From Bacteroidales bacterium (GTDB lineage: Bacteria; Bacteroidota; Bacteroidia; Bacteroidales; CAIWKO01), in NCBI GenBank assembly GCA_035389045.1, contig DAOORA010000024.1, positions 1-54,632 on the forward strand: a DNA stretch of 54,632 bases, written 5' to 3'. The notes under the pieces are model-generated. The model had not been told where the DNA came from. It saw nothing but the letters and a program-made list of their open reading frames with translations, and searched no databases. Below are positions 31,951 through 40,856 of the stretch, one piece after another (the first letter of the stretch is position 1; each line of letters starts with the position of its first letter). A program made the translations under genes and the position numbers.

Positions 31951-32036
31951 ATTTTCAGCGCCTTTTGCCCCTGAACCCTAAAGGGAAAGACGCTGAAAAT
32001 CAGCCTCTCTTTAGAGACGGAGCAATGCTGATTTTC
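31951..32036. repeat. REP-like element with two overlapping inverted repeats
   Basis: ATTTTCAGCG..CGCTGAAAAT and GAAAATCAGC..GCTGATTTTC share the central arm. Confidence 0.6.
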
Positions 32037-32066
32037 AAGAATCATACTTTTCGGACTCATAATTAT

Positions 32067-32095
32067 AAAAAAAGCCGGATTGTTTTCCGGCTTTT
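32067..32095 (-). terminator. Terminator of the sdh operon
   Basis: AAAAGCCGGA..TCCGGCTTTT stem with a T7 tail on the minus strand. Confidence 0.8.
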
Positions 32096-32109
32096 AACAT
32101 AACACCTTA

Positions 32110-32268
32110 GAAACTGTTTTGATTTTATGTTACATAAGATTTATGATGGATTTTTTAGCGAAACGAGGCAGATTTTGCAGACATAGTTTATCCTATGTCG
32201 AAAAATCTAACGAAGTTGCAGCAAAAAAGACGCATAAAGATTTGAAAAGATAAAATCAAAACAATTTC
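32110..32268. mobile_element. MITE (159 bp) with 19-bp TIRs and TTA target duplication
   Basis: GAAACTGTTTTGATTTTAT / ATAAAATCAAAACAATTTC (18/19); TTA on both sides (32107-32109, 32269-32271); internal GACATAG..CTATGTC hairpin; no ORF. Confidence 0.8.
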
Positions 32269-32280
32269 TTAAATTTTATT

Positions 32281-33048
32281 TTAGTAGCTTTTTACCTCAT
32301 ACTTTTCTGCACACACCTTCGCTTTTAAAAATTGCCGGTTCAGTCGTGCGATGTTGGTCACCTTGATTTCCTTAGGACATTCGGCCTCACAGGCGTATGT
32401 GTTGCTGCAGTTTCCAAATCCCAGCTCATCCATAATGGCCACCATTTTCTGAACACGGTCGGCGGCTTCAATTTTTCCCTGGGGCAATAACGCAAACTGA
32501 GAAACTTTTGCGCCTACGAACAACATAGCCGACGCATTGGCACAGGCCGCCACACAGGCGCCACAACCAATACAGGCTGCGGCATCCATGGCAAGTTCCG
32601 CTTTGATCTTTGGTATGGGAATGGCGTTGGCATCAGGAATACCTCCGGTATTTACCGAAACATAACCTCCTGCCTGAATGATCAGATCAAGAGCCGAGCG
32701 GTCGACGACCAGGTCTTTTACGATCGGGAAAGGCTTTGCGCGCCAGGGTTCTATCACTATGGTATCCCCGTCGCTGAACGAGCGCATATGCAGCTGGCAT
32801 GTGGTAATACCGCGTTTAGGACCGTGCGGCCTGCCGTTGATATACAAACTGCATGTTCCGCAGATCCCTTCACGGCAGTCGTGATCAAATGCTACGGGGT
32901 CATTGCCATTCTCAATGATTTGTTGATTAAGGGTGTCGAGCATTTCAAAAAAAGAACTGTCGGGAGAAACTCCTGTAACTTTATAGGTTTCAAATGTCCC
33001 CTTTGTTTGGGCATTTGCCTGACGCCAGATTTTTAAGGTTAGGTCCAT
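32281..33048 (-). CDS. sdhB: Succinate dehydrogenase/fumarate reductase Fe-S subunit
   Basis: [38 protein letters not shown]. Confidence 0.98.
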   Translation of the reverse strand: MDLTLKIWRQANAQTKGTFETYKVTGVSPDSSFFEMLDTLNQQIIENGNDPVAFDHDCREGICGTCSLYINGRPHGPKRGITTCQLHMRSFSDGDTIVIEPWRAKPFPIVKDLVVDRSALDLIIQAGGYVSVNTGGIPDANAIPIPKIKAELAMDAAACIGCGACVAACANASAMLFVGAKVSQFALLPQGKIEAADRVQKMVAIMDELGFGNCSNTYACEAECPKEIKVTNIARLNRQFLKAKVCAEKYEVKSY

Positions 33049-33063
33049 AATTTTAGTTTATTT

Positions 33064-33091
33064 ATCAGCCAAAAGCCATCAGCCATCAGCC
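33064..33091. repeat. Heptamer tandem array, 4 units (ATCAGCC/AAAAGCC; GGCTGAT on the mRNA strand)
   Basis: ATCAGCC AAAAGCC ATCAGCC ATCAGCC read directly. Confidence 0.9.
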
Positions 33092-33104
33092 ATTATTTTT
33101 CATA

Positions 33105-33470
33105 TTATTGATTACTGTCCAATTTATTTATTAAAGAGTTAATCATTTTCGATAGTGATGATATTTTATTGAAAATATCTTCACAATTTTCTTTTAAATA
33201 TCCAACTTTATTTGCAATAATTAATTCTGTTTCCAACTCATACAGGGATCCTCTGGCTTGTTTCAAAAATAAAGAATATGATTTCGTTGAATTCCTACCC
33301 CATCCTTCTGTAATATTTATTGGCACTGAACTGGATGCACTTCTTACCTGAGCTGTAATTCTATGACGTTCTTCCACCGGAAAATCCTTACTCAATTTAT
33401 AAATATCAACAGTCAGTTCAATGCCAAGCTGCCATATTTTTAAATCTTTGTACGAATTTATATTTCCCAT
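33105..33470 (-). CDS. Four-helix-bundle protein (23S rRNA IVP-like / Avd-like fold)
   Basis: SYKDLKIWQ..L...IY.L...FP.EE....Q....SV..NI.EGWGR.S.K....FL..ARGSLYELETEL family pattern; start ATG 33470. Confidence 0.92.
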   Translation of the reverse strand: MGNINSYKDLKIWQLGIELTVDIYKLSKDFPVEERHRITAQVRSASSSVPINITEGWGRNSTKSYSLFLKQARGSLYELETELIIANKVGYLKENCEDIFNKISSLSKMINSLINKLDSNQ

Positions 33471-33523
33471 ATTGTTTTTAAGGCTCAAATATATTTTATA
33501 ATGTCTTATTTATCGGTGCTCAT

Positions 33524-33565
33524 GACTATTGGCTATTGGCTATTGGCTATTGGCTATTGGCTATT
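33524..33565. repeat. Heptamer tandem array (GGCTATT)5 + GACTATT (AATAGCC on the mRNA strand)
   Basis: Five perfect copies at 33531-33565; the outermost contains the sdhA TAG stop. Confidence 0.95.
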
Positions 33566-35501
33566 TATAACTCCTCTGCGATGGTTTTGCAACCTCAAAA
33601 GTAAGTTCTTCCTTGTGCAATTCAGGTTCTGTACCTTCGCCTTTATATTCCCATGCCGACACAAATGTAAAGTTCTCATCATCACGTTTTGCTTCGCCTT
33701 CTTCGGTTTGCATTTCCTCGCGGAAGTGTCCTCCGCATGATTCTCGGCGCTGCAGGGCATCTTTCATGATCAGTTCACCCAGTTCGATAAAATCAGCTAC
33801 CCTGCTTGCTTTTTCGATTTCAGGATTAAAATCATTCAGTTCACCGGGGATGAACAGGTCGTTCCAGAATTCTTTTTTAATTTCGGGTATCATGGCCAGG
33901 CCTGCCTTCAGCCTTTCCTCTGTGCGTCCCATGCCACAGTGCTCCCACATCAGTTTTCCGAATTTCTTATGAATAGAATCAACCGATTGTTTGCCTTTGA
34001 TATTTTTCAGCATTTCGAGCTGCATTTTAATATCATTTTCAGCCTGTACAAATTCAGGGGCATCGGTCGGTATCCTCTTGGTATGTATTTCGGCTGACAA
34101 ATAATTCCCGATGGTATAAGGCAGAATAAAATAGCCGTCGGCGAGGCCCTGCATCAGTGCTGATGCGCCAAGCCGGTTAGCTCCGTGATCGGAGAAATTA
34201 CATTCACCAATGGCATAAAGGCCCGGAACTGTTGTCATCAGGTCATAATCAACCCAGAGTCCACCCATGGTATAATGTATGGCCGGATAGATCATCATAG
34301 GGGTTTCATAAGGGTTTTCATCAATAATCTGTTCGTACATCTGGAAGAGATTACCATAACGCTCTTCGATAACATTTTTTCCAAGCCGTGCTATAGAGTC
34401 TTTGAAATCGAGGTAAACCGCCAGGCCGGTACGGCCAACACCAAAACCGGCATCGCAGCGTTCTTTGGCGGCACGTGATGCCACATCGCGGGGTACGAGG
34501 TTTCCGAAAGCAGGATATCTTCTTTCGAGGTAATAATCACGGTCTTCTTCTGAAATATCGGAAGGTTTTATTTCTTTTTTGCGGAGTTTTTCAGCATCTT
34601 CTTTCTTTTTTGGCACCCATATCCTGCCGTCGTTACGCAAGCTTTCACTCATCAGGGTAAGTTTCGACTGGAAATCCCCGTGCACAGGGATACATGTCGG
34701 GTGTATCTGTGTAAAACAGGGATTGCTGAAGAATGCGCCTTTTTTATAAGCTCTCCATACAGGAGTGGCATTGGATCCCATAGCATTGGTTGACAGGAAA
34801 TAGGTATTGCCATAGCCGCCGGTTGCCAGCACAACGGCATGTCCGAAATATTTTTCTATTTCTCCGGTTACTAAGTTCCTGACAATGATACCGCGTGCTT
34901 TGCCGTCAATAAGGACTATATCAAGCATATCGCGGCGGTTGTAAAGTTTAACGGTGCCTTTTTTTATCTGGCGGCTCAGGGCGCCGTATGCGCCAAGCAA
35001 CAACTGCTGGCCGGTTTGTCCGCGTGCATAAAAAGTACGTGATACCTGGGCGCCGCCAAACGAACGGTTGTCAAGCAATCCGCCATAATCCCGGGCAAAA
35101 GGCACGCCCTGTGCCACACACTGGTCGATGATGGCATTGCTGACTTCGGCAAGACGGTATACATTGGCCTCGCGAGCACGATAATCGCCGCCTTTTATCG
35201 TATCGTAAAACAAACGGTAAACGCTGTCGCCGTCGTTCTGATAATTCTTTGCTGCGTTGATCCCGCCCTGTGCGGCGATACTATGCGCACGACGGGGACT
35301 GTCCTGATAACAAAACACTTTCACATTATATCCCAACTCGCCCAGAGATGCGGCAGCCGAAGCTCCGGCAAGGCCGGTACCCACTATAATAATATCAAGT
35401 TTACGTTTGTTGTTGGGATTGACTAATTTACAGGTTGATTTATAATTTGTCCATTTTTCAGCTAAGGGACCTTCAGGAATTTTTGAGTTTATTTTTGTCA
35501 T
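33561..35501 (-). CDS. sdhA: Succinate dehydrogenase/fumarate reductase flavoprotein
   Basis: [21 protein letters not shown] (FAD-His), [26 protein letters not shown]. Confidence 0.99.
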   Translation of the reverse strand: MTKINSKIPEGPLAEKWTNYKSTCKLVNPNNKRKLDIIIVGTGLAGASAAASLGELGYNVKVFCYQDSPRRAHSIAAQGGINAAKNYQNDGDSVYRLFYDTIKGGDYRAREANVYRLAEVSNAIIDQCVAQGVPFARDYGGLLDNRSFGGAQVSRTFYARGQTGQQLLLGAYGALSRQIKKGTVKLYNRRDMLDIVLIDGKARGIIVRNLVTGEIEKYFGHAVVLATGGYGNTYFLSTNAMGSNATPVWRAYKKGAFFSNPCFTQIHPTCIPVHGDFQSKLTLMSESLRNDGRIWVPKKKEDAEKLRKKEIKPSDISEEDRDYYLERRYPAFGNLVPRDVASRAAKERCDAGFGVGRTGLAVYLDFKDSIARLGKNVIEERYGNLFQMYEQIIDENPYETPMMIYPAIHYTMGGLWVDYDLMTTVPGLYAIGECNFSDHGANRLGASALMQGLADGYFILPYTIGNYLSAEIHTKRIPTDAPEFVQAENDIKMQLEMLKNIKGKQSVDSIHKKFGKLMWEHCGMGRTEERLKAGLAMIPEIKKEFWNDLFIPGELNDFNPEIEKASRVADFIELGELIMKDALQRRESCGGHFREEMQTEEGEAKRDDENFTFVSAWEYKGEGTEPELHKEELTFEVAKPSQRSYK

Positions 35502-35574
35502 AGCTGCCGGGGGATTTAATTTTGATTTTAAAATACTAAGATCTTTATATGTAAAAAATTTATACTAACAAATT

Positions 35575-36237
35575 TTAACTGTAGAAAAACATGAAATAAA
35601 CCGGGATCAGCGAAAAACCACCTGCGACCACAATGGCATAAATCAAACTGACGGCTTTTATGGCCTGGTTATATTTACTATGATTCAGCCCTAAAGTCTG
35701 ACAACCGGATAGTATGGCGTGATTTAGATGAAAGCCGAGAAAAATAAAAAAGGCAATGTACAAAAATGAATAAACTTTATTCTGAAATAACAGGATCGCC
35801 ATTTGGTAAAAATCATGAGTGTCCATTCCTGCAGGTGGTTGTACTATACCTGCTTTAATGAAAAAGAAATGCATAAAATGAAGGATCAGAAAGATGAAAA
35901 TAATTGCTCCCGTATATATCATATACTTTGAGAAAAACTCAGTATGTGATTTATTGACAACATGATAACGTACAGGACGGGAAGCCCAGTTTTTCAATGT
36001 AATGATAATGCCTATAATTATATGAATTATGAATCCTCCAAATAACACATACTCAAATATTTTAATGAAAATATTGGTAGTCATAAAATTTGAAGCGGCT
36101 GTAAATATTTTTCCGTCGTCGCCGGCCAGCATGGTAAGATTAATGGTAAGATGCACCAGTAAAAACAATGCCAGGAAAAGTCCGAAGGCGCCCATAACAA
36201 TCTTCTTGGTAATGGATGAATACATTAATTTGCTCAT
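35575..36237 (-). CDS. sdhC: Succinate dehydrogenase cytochrome b subunit (5-TM type)
   Basis: SSITKKIVMG..GLFL..FL.VHL; four TM His; TATCTTTG promoter at 36316-36323. Confidence 0.95.
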   Translation of the reverse strand: MSKLMYSSITKKIVMGAFGLFLALFLLVHLTINLTMLAGDDGKIFTAASNFMTTNIFIKIFEYVLFGGFIIHIIIGIIITLKNWASRPVRYHVVNKSHTEFFSKYMIYTGAIIFIFLILHFMHFFFIKAGIVQPPAGMDTHDFYQMAILLFQNKVYSFLYIAFFIFLGFHLNHAILSGCQTLGLNHSKYNQAIKAVSLIYAIVVAGGFSLIPVYFMFFYS

Positions 36238-36393
36238 AATAGTTGATTTTTCAAAAAAAACTAAAAAATTCCGTTAAATTTATAAAAAATTTTTTTCTTT
36301 GTACTTTATCTATGACAAAGATAAAAGTAGAATTTATTTTTCCAAATAAAAAAGTAAATTTTTTTTTAAAATATAATAATTTAAGCAAATAAT

Positions 36394-37686
36394 ATGAGAT
36401 ACAAACAAATAAACCCGGAACTTTTTGTCCGGAACAGAAAAAAACTCCTGAAAAAGCTGAAACCAAATTCTTTGGCCATCGTACTTTCTAATGATGAGTT
36501 TCAGAGAAGCGGAGATCAGTGTCATCAATTCCGGCAAAATTCCGACCTGTTCTATCTGACCGGGTTAGATCAGGAAAAATGTATACTCTGCCTTTGTCCC
36601 GATCATCCCAAAGAAGACATGCGGGAAATTGTTTTTACCGTTCAGACCAGCGAAAAAATGGTTACCTGGTACGGACATAAATACACGCTTGAACAGGCGA
36701 AACAGGTTTCGGGCGTTAAAAATATAAAATGGCTCGACAGTTTTGAAGACACGTTGAAAGAACTCGTGTTGCGCGCTGAAAATATTTATATCAATCTATA
36801 TGAAAACGCACGATTCTCATCGGAGGTTCCTTCAAACGAACTACGCTTTTCGCAACGTATGAAAAATGAGTATCCCCTGCATAAATTTGAGCGGCTTCAC
36901 CCGATAATTACCGAATGCCGGTTATGCAAAGAACCCGAAGAACTGGAGATGATGCAGCAGGCCTGCGACATCACCGAAAAAGCATTCAGGAGAATCTTAA
37001 AGAAGATACAACCCGGAATGATGGAATATGAAGCCGAAGCTGAAATCACCTATGAGTTTATCAGAAACGGCGCCAGCGGACATGCATACGCGCCGATTGT
37101 TGCTTCAGGAATTAATGCCTGCGTTTTACACTACATAAAAAATGATGTGAAAATTGGTAAAGGAGACCTCGTATTATTTGATATCGGAGCTGAATATGGC
37201 AACTACGCTGCCGATCTTACCCGCACCATCCCTGCTGACGGTCATTTTTCCAAACGTCAGAAAGATTGCTACAATGCTGTTCTTAATGTGCAAAAAAAAG
37301 CTAAACAACTGATCGTTCCGGGAACCACGATAGAGAAAATCAATAAAGCTGTGACAAAACTGATGGAAACCGAGATGATAAAGCTCGGACTGTTCACTGC
37401 ACAGGATGTTAAAAATCAGGATCCTGATAATCCTTTGTATTTCAAGTATTATATGCACGGCAATTCGCACTTTATCGGACTTGATGTGCATGATGTCGGT
37501 ACCCGTCAGATGGAACTTAAACCCGGAATGGTACTGAGTTGCGAGCCCGGTCTCTATATTAAAGAAGAAAACATCGGTATCCGGATTGAAAACGATATAC
37601 TTGTAACCGCTAAAGGCCCGTATGACCTAATGAAAAACATTCCCGTTGAGGCCAATGATATCGAAAAATTAATGAAAGGCAAATAG
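36394..37686 (+). CDS. pepP: Xaa-Pro aminopeptidase (M24B)
   Basis: FRQNSDLFYLTG, LHY, DIGAEY..YAADLTRT, HFIGLDVHD, EPGLY, GIRIENDI. Confidence 0.93.
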   Translation: MRYKQINPELFVRNRKKLLKKLKPNSLAIVLSNDEFQRSGDQCHQFRQNSDLFYLTGLDQEKCILCLCPDHPKEDMREIVFTVQTSEKMVTWYGHKYTLEQAKQVSGVKNIKWLDSFEDTLKELVLRAENIYINLYENARFSSEVPSNELRFSQRMKNEYPLHKFERLHPIITECRLCKEPEELEMMQQACDITEKAFRRILKKIQPGMMEYEAEAEITYEFIRNGASGHAYAPIVASGINACVLHYIKNDVKIGKGDLVLFDIGAEYGNYAADLTRTIPADGHFSKRQKDCYNAVLNVQKKAKQLIVPGTTIEKINKAVTKLMETEMIKLGLFTAQDVKNQDPDNPLYFKYYMHGNSHFIGLDVHDVGTRQMELKPGMVLSCEPGLYIKEENIGIRIENDILVTAKGPYDLMKNIPVEANDIEKLMKGK

Positions 37687-37790
37687 CAACAACAAGGATG
37701 CAACGAAAGGCAATTCCCGGCTTCATGTTGTTTTATCCTGATAATTAAGTCAAATTCATAAATTATTAATAAATATAAATATTAAAAAAC

Positions 37791-39179
37791 ATGTTTCAGG
37801 CAAGTGTATATACCGACAGAAGAAAGCAATTAAAAAAGCTGGTAAAAAGCGGAATTCTGGTTTTTACAGGCAATACGGAACTACCCATGAATTATCCTCA
37901 AAATACGTATCATTTCAGGCAGGATAGTTCATTTTTGTATTTTTTCGGCCTCGACGAACCCGGATTAGGGGCTGTCATAGACATTGACAACAATAAAGAG
38001 ATCCTTTTCGGTGATGATGTTGATATTGAGGATATCATATGGACTGGCTCCCTGCCATTACTTTCGGAAAAAGTAAAAAAAACGGGGGTCAAATATTCTG
38101 CACCTTTTTCCGAATATGCCTCATATATTGCTGAGGCAAAAAAACAAAAGCGAAAAATTCATTTTCTGCCGCCTTATAATCCCAACACGAAGATATTTTT
38201 GAGCGATTTGCTGAATATTCCGGTACCAAAACTAAAAGAAAAAGCGTCACTTGAACTGATGCAGGCAGTTATTGGACTCAGGTCGGTAAAAAGCAATGAA
38301 GAAATTGCAGAAATTGAAAAAGGCCTGGAAACGGCATATGAAATGTTCACCACGGGGATCAAACATGTTAAACCCGGAAAATACGAATATCAGGTTGCCG
38401 GAGTTATGGAAGGCATCGCACTGGCTAACAACGGCACATTGTCTTTTCCGACCATATTATCCGTAAGGGGTGAAATACTTCACGGGCACGACCATAGCAA
38501 CAAAATGAAAAAGGGTGACCTGCTGCTGATGGATGCCGGCTTTGAAACGCCGCAACATTATGCAACCGACCATACCCGCACGGTACCTGTCGGCGGGTCA
38601 TTCACTGAGAAACAAAAAGACATTTACCAGATAGTTCTCGATGCGCAACTTGCTGCAATAAGGGCTATTAAGCCAGGTGTGCCGTATCAGGATATCCATT
38701 TGCTTTCCTGCAGGGTGATTGCCGGCGGCCTGAAAAACCTCGGCTTGATGAAAGGCGACACCGATGAGGCCGTCAGACAGGGGGCACATGCGTTTTTTCT
38801 GCCTCACGGCCTGGGACACATGATGGGAATGGACGTTCACGATATGGAAGATATCGGACAGATCTATGTGGGTTATGACGATGAAGTCCGCCCGATAGAC
38901 CAGTTCGGCACAGCTTATCTGCGACTCGGCAGAAAACTTCAACCGGGATTTGTACTTACGGTTGAACCCGGAATATATTTCATCCCTGAACTGTACAAAT
39001 TGTGGAAATCAGAAAAAAAATTCAAGCAATTCATCAATTACGACAAGGTGAAAGAATATCTTGATTTCGGCGGTATCCGTATTGAAGACGATGTACTGGT
39101 CACAGAAAAAGGACTCAGGGTTCTGGGAAAGCCTATCCCAAAAACGATTTCGGAAATTGAGAAATTGATGCGTTCATAA
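37791..39179 (+). CDS. Xaa-Pro aminopeptidase/prolidase (M24B), second subfamily
   Basis: FRQDSSFLYFFG, DAG..YATDHTRT, HGLGHMMGMDVHD, EPGIYF, GIRIEDD. Confidence 0.93.
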   Translation: MFQASVYTDRRKQLKKLVKSGILVFTGNTELPMNYPQNTYHFRQDSSFLYFFGLDEPGLGAVIDIDNNKEILFGDDVDIEDIIWTGSLPLLSEKVKKTGVKYSAPFSEYASYIAEAKKQKRKIHFLPPYNPNTKIFLSDLLNIPVPKLKEKASLELMQAVIGLRSVKSNEEIAEIEKGLETAYEMFTTGIKHVKPGKYEYQVAGVMEGIALANNGTLSFPTILSVRGEILHGHDHSNKMKKGDLLLMDAGFETPQHYATDHTRTVPVGGSFTEKQKDIYQIVLDAQLAAIRAIKPGVPYQDIHLLSCRVIAGGLKNLGLMKGDTDEAVRQGAHAFFLPHGLGHMMGMDVHDMEDIGQIYVGYDDEVRPIDQFGTAYLRLGRKLQPGFVLTVEPGIYFIPELYKLWKSEKKFKQFINYDKVKEYLDFGGIRIEDDVLVTEKGLRVLGKPIPKTISEIEKLMRS

Positions 39180-39183
39180 CCTG

Positions 39184-40062
39184 CTATTTAAACGATATCT
39201 CCATCATTTTCTTCAAAGCATACAGGTGAATAAGTTCGTAAATCTCCTGAATCAGTTCATCATCAAGGCCATTGACACAGGCGGTCCGGCTTATTGATTT
39301 TTTTATGCTGTTCCAGCGGCCGGGTTCAAAAAGCTGAAGGTCGTTTTGCTTTTTTATCCTGCCCATTAATTCAATCAGTGCAGTCCTTTGTCCGATCGCT
39401 GCGACTATTTTTTTATCAAGGTCATCAACTTTTTTCCGCAGCGCGATAAATCTCTTCAGTAAGTTGTCATCCCCTACCTCGTCAGAACCTTCGCTGGCTA
39501 AGTACCGGCATTGAAACAGCTTTTCGTCGTTTCTGTTTTTTTTATAAGGAACAATGACAGCGGTTATACCCAGCTTATATAAAACATTATTAAATCTTTG
39601 TATATCAAGTATTTTATCTGTTTCACATTCGACCCCGCATGTAATTTCAGGATGATCCGATGCAAAAGCAAAATAATCTCTTAATCTTTTTATCATCCGG
39701 CCCGGGAAATGGTTGTTAATATCCACGGTTTTCAAAGGAAAACTGACAACGATCTTATTTTTCCTGATCGTATTTTTTATATGTTTGAACCCGCCGTGAG
39801 CAACCACAACAAAATCAAATTCAGCAATATTATCAGAGGTTTCAGATTTATCTGGTTTCAGATAACATCCAAGCGGCACACTGTTTTGTATTTTCAGCCT
39901 TTTTAACAGTATTGATGGCGCATCCATCAGGGCGTTACCTGATAAAACCAGTGCATATTCAAGCTCATTTAATCCCTCAATCTGCAAAGCGTCTTCAATC
40001 GAAAACGGCTTTTTTACATGGTAAAAGATTTCAGGCGTCAGCCCGTGTGTGTTTTTAACCAA
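39184..40062 (-). CDS. Chorismate-mutase (AroQ)-domain protein with a degenerate DAHP-synthase-like N-terminus
   Basis: C-terminal LRKKVDDLDKKIV..QR..MGRIKKQND..GRW is AroQ-like. The N-terminus retains only traces such as VAHGGF. The TTG start is uncertain. Confidence 0.7.
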   Translation of the reverse strand: MVKNTHGLTPEIFYHVKKPFSIEDALQIEGLNELEYALVLSGNALMDAPSILLKRLKIQNSVPLGCYLKPDKSETSDNIAEFDFVVVAHGGFKHIKNTIRKNKIVVSFPLKTVDINNHFPGRMIKRLRDYFAFASDHPEITCGVECETDKILDIQRFNNVLYKLGITAVIVPYKKNRNDEKLFQCRYLASEGSDEVGDDNLLKRFIALRKKVDDLDKKIVAAIGQRTALIELMGRIKKQNDLQLFEPGRWNSIKKSISRTACVNGLDDELIQEIYELIHLYALKKMMEISFK

Positions 40063-40158
40063 ACTATTCTATGATAAGTCTACCAAATATTCCGTTTATT
40101 GAAAGCAAGAAATTATTTTACGCAGCGATCCGGCAATATTATGAAACGGAGCCTGACT

Positions 40159-40815
40159 TTATTTACAGCAACTTTTCAACTCCTTGATGGAATCAACAAT
40201 AGTTCCATTTGCAAAAACGCCATTTCCGGCTACAATGATGTCAGCGCCCGAATGGACCACCTGCTTTATATTGCTGATATTGATGCCTCCGTCCACCTCC
40301 ACCAATGCCGCCGACTCAGAGACAATAATAAGTTCTTTTGTTCTGCTGATTTTATCCAGGGATCTTTCAATGAATTTTTGGCCGCCATAACCCGGATTCA
40401 CAGACATTACCAGAACCATATCCACATCAGCAATGATCTCTCCAAGCAATAAAACCGGGGTATGCGGATTTACAGCGACACCTGCTTTTATTCCAAAGGA
40501 TTTAATATGATTCACCGTCCGGTTCAGATGAATATTGTGTTCAATATGAATTGTAAGGTATTCAGGCCTGTATGCTGCAAAACGTTCAATATACCGGTCG
40601 GGATCAGCAATCATCAGGTGTATATCCAACGGTTTCCGGGCATAGGTTACCAGGGAATCGAGTATGGTGAATCCAAAGGAAATATTCGGAACAAAAACTC
40701 CATCCATCACATCGATATGGATCAGGTCGGCGCTGCTGCCGTTGATGGTTTCTATCTGTTCTTTTAGTTTTCCGAAATCAGCAGATAATATTGAAGGTGC
40801 GAGTAGAAAAGCCAT
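40159..40815 (-). CDS. rpe: Ribulose-phosphate 3-epimerase
   Basis: APSILSADF, HIDVMDG.FVPN, DIHLM, MSVNPG.GGQ, VDGG. Confidence 0.98.
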   Translation of the reverse strand: MAFLLAPSILSADFGKLKEQIETINGSSADLIHIDVMDGVFVPNISFGFTILDSLVTYARKPLDIHLMIADPDRYIERFAAYRPEYLTIHIEHNIHLNRTVNHIKSFGIKAGVAVNPHTPVLLLGEIIADVDMVLVMSVNPGYGGQKFIERSLDKISRTKELIIVSESAALVEVDGGINISNIKQVVHSGADIIVAGNGVFANGTIVDSIKELKSCCK

Positions 40816-40856
40816 TAGTATGATTTATAATTTTTGCAAAAATACTAAAAGCCAGG

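Noticed and set aside
32110..32268. Invertible (phase-variable) promoter
   Set aside because: No TAnnTTTG was found inside, it lies in a 3' UTR before a terminator, and the TTA duplication fits a MITE better.
33105..33470. Diversity-generating retroelement suggested by the Avd-like fold
   Set aside because: There is no reverse transcriptase in the window, and I saw no TR/VR pair differing only at adenines. The duplicated T9SS modules and esterases differ at all bases, largely at codon third positions.
33501..33740. 79-aa plus-strand ORF with IGYWLLA repeats
   Set aside because: It is a translation of the heptamer array, antisense to sdhA.
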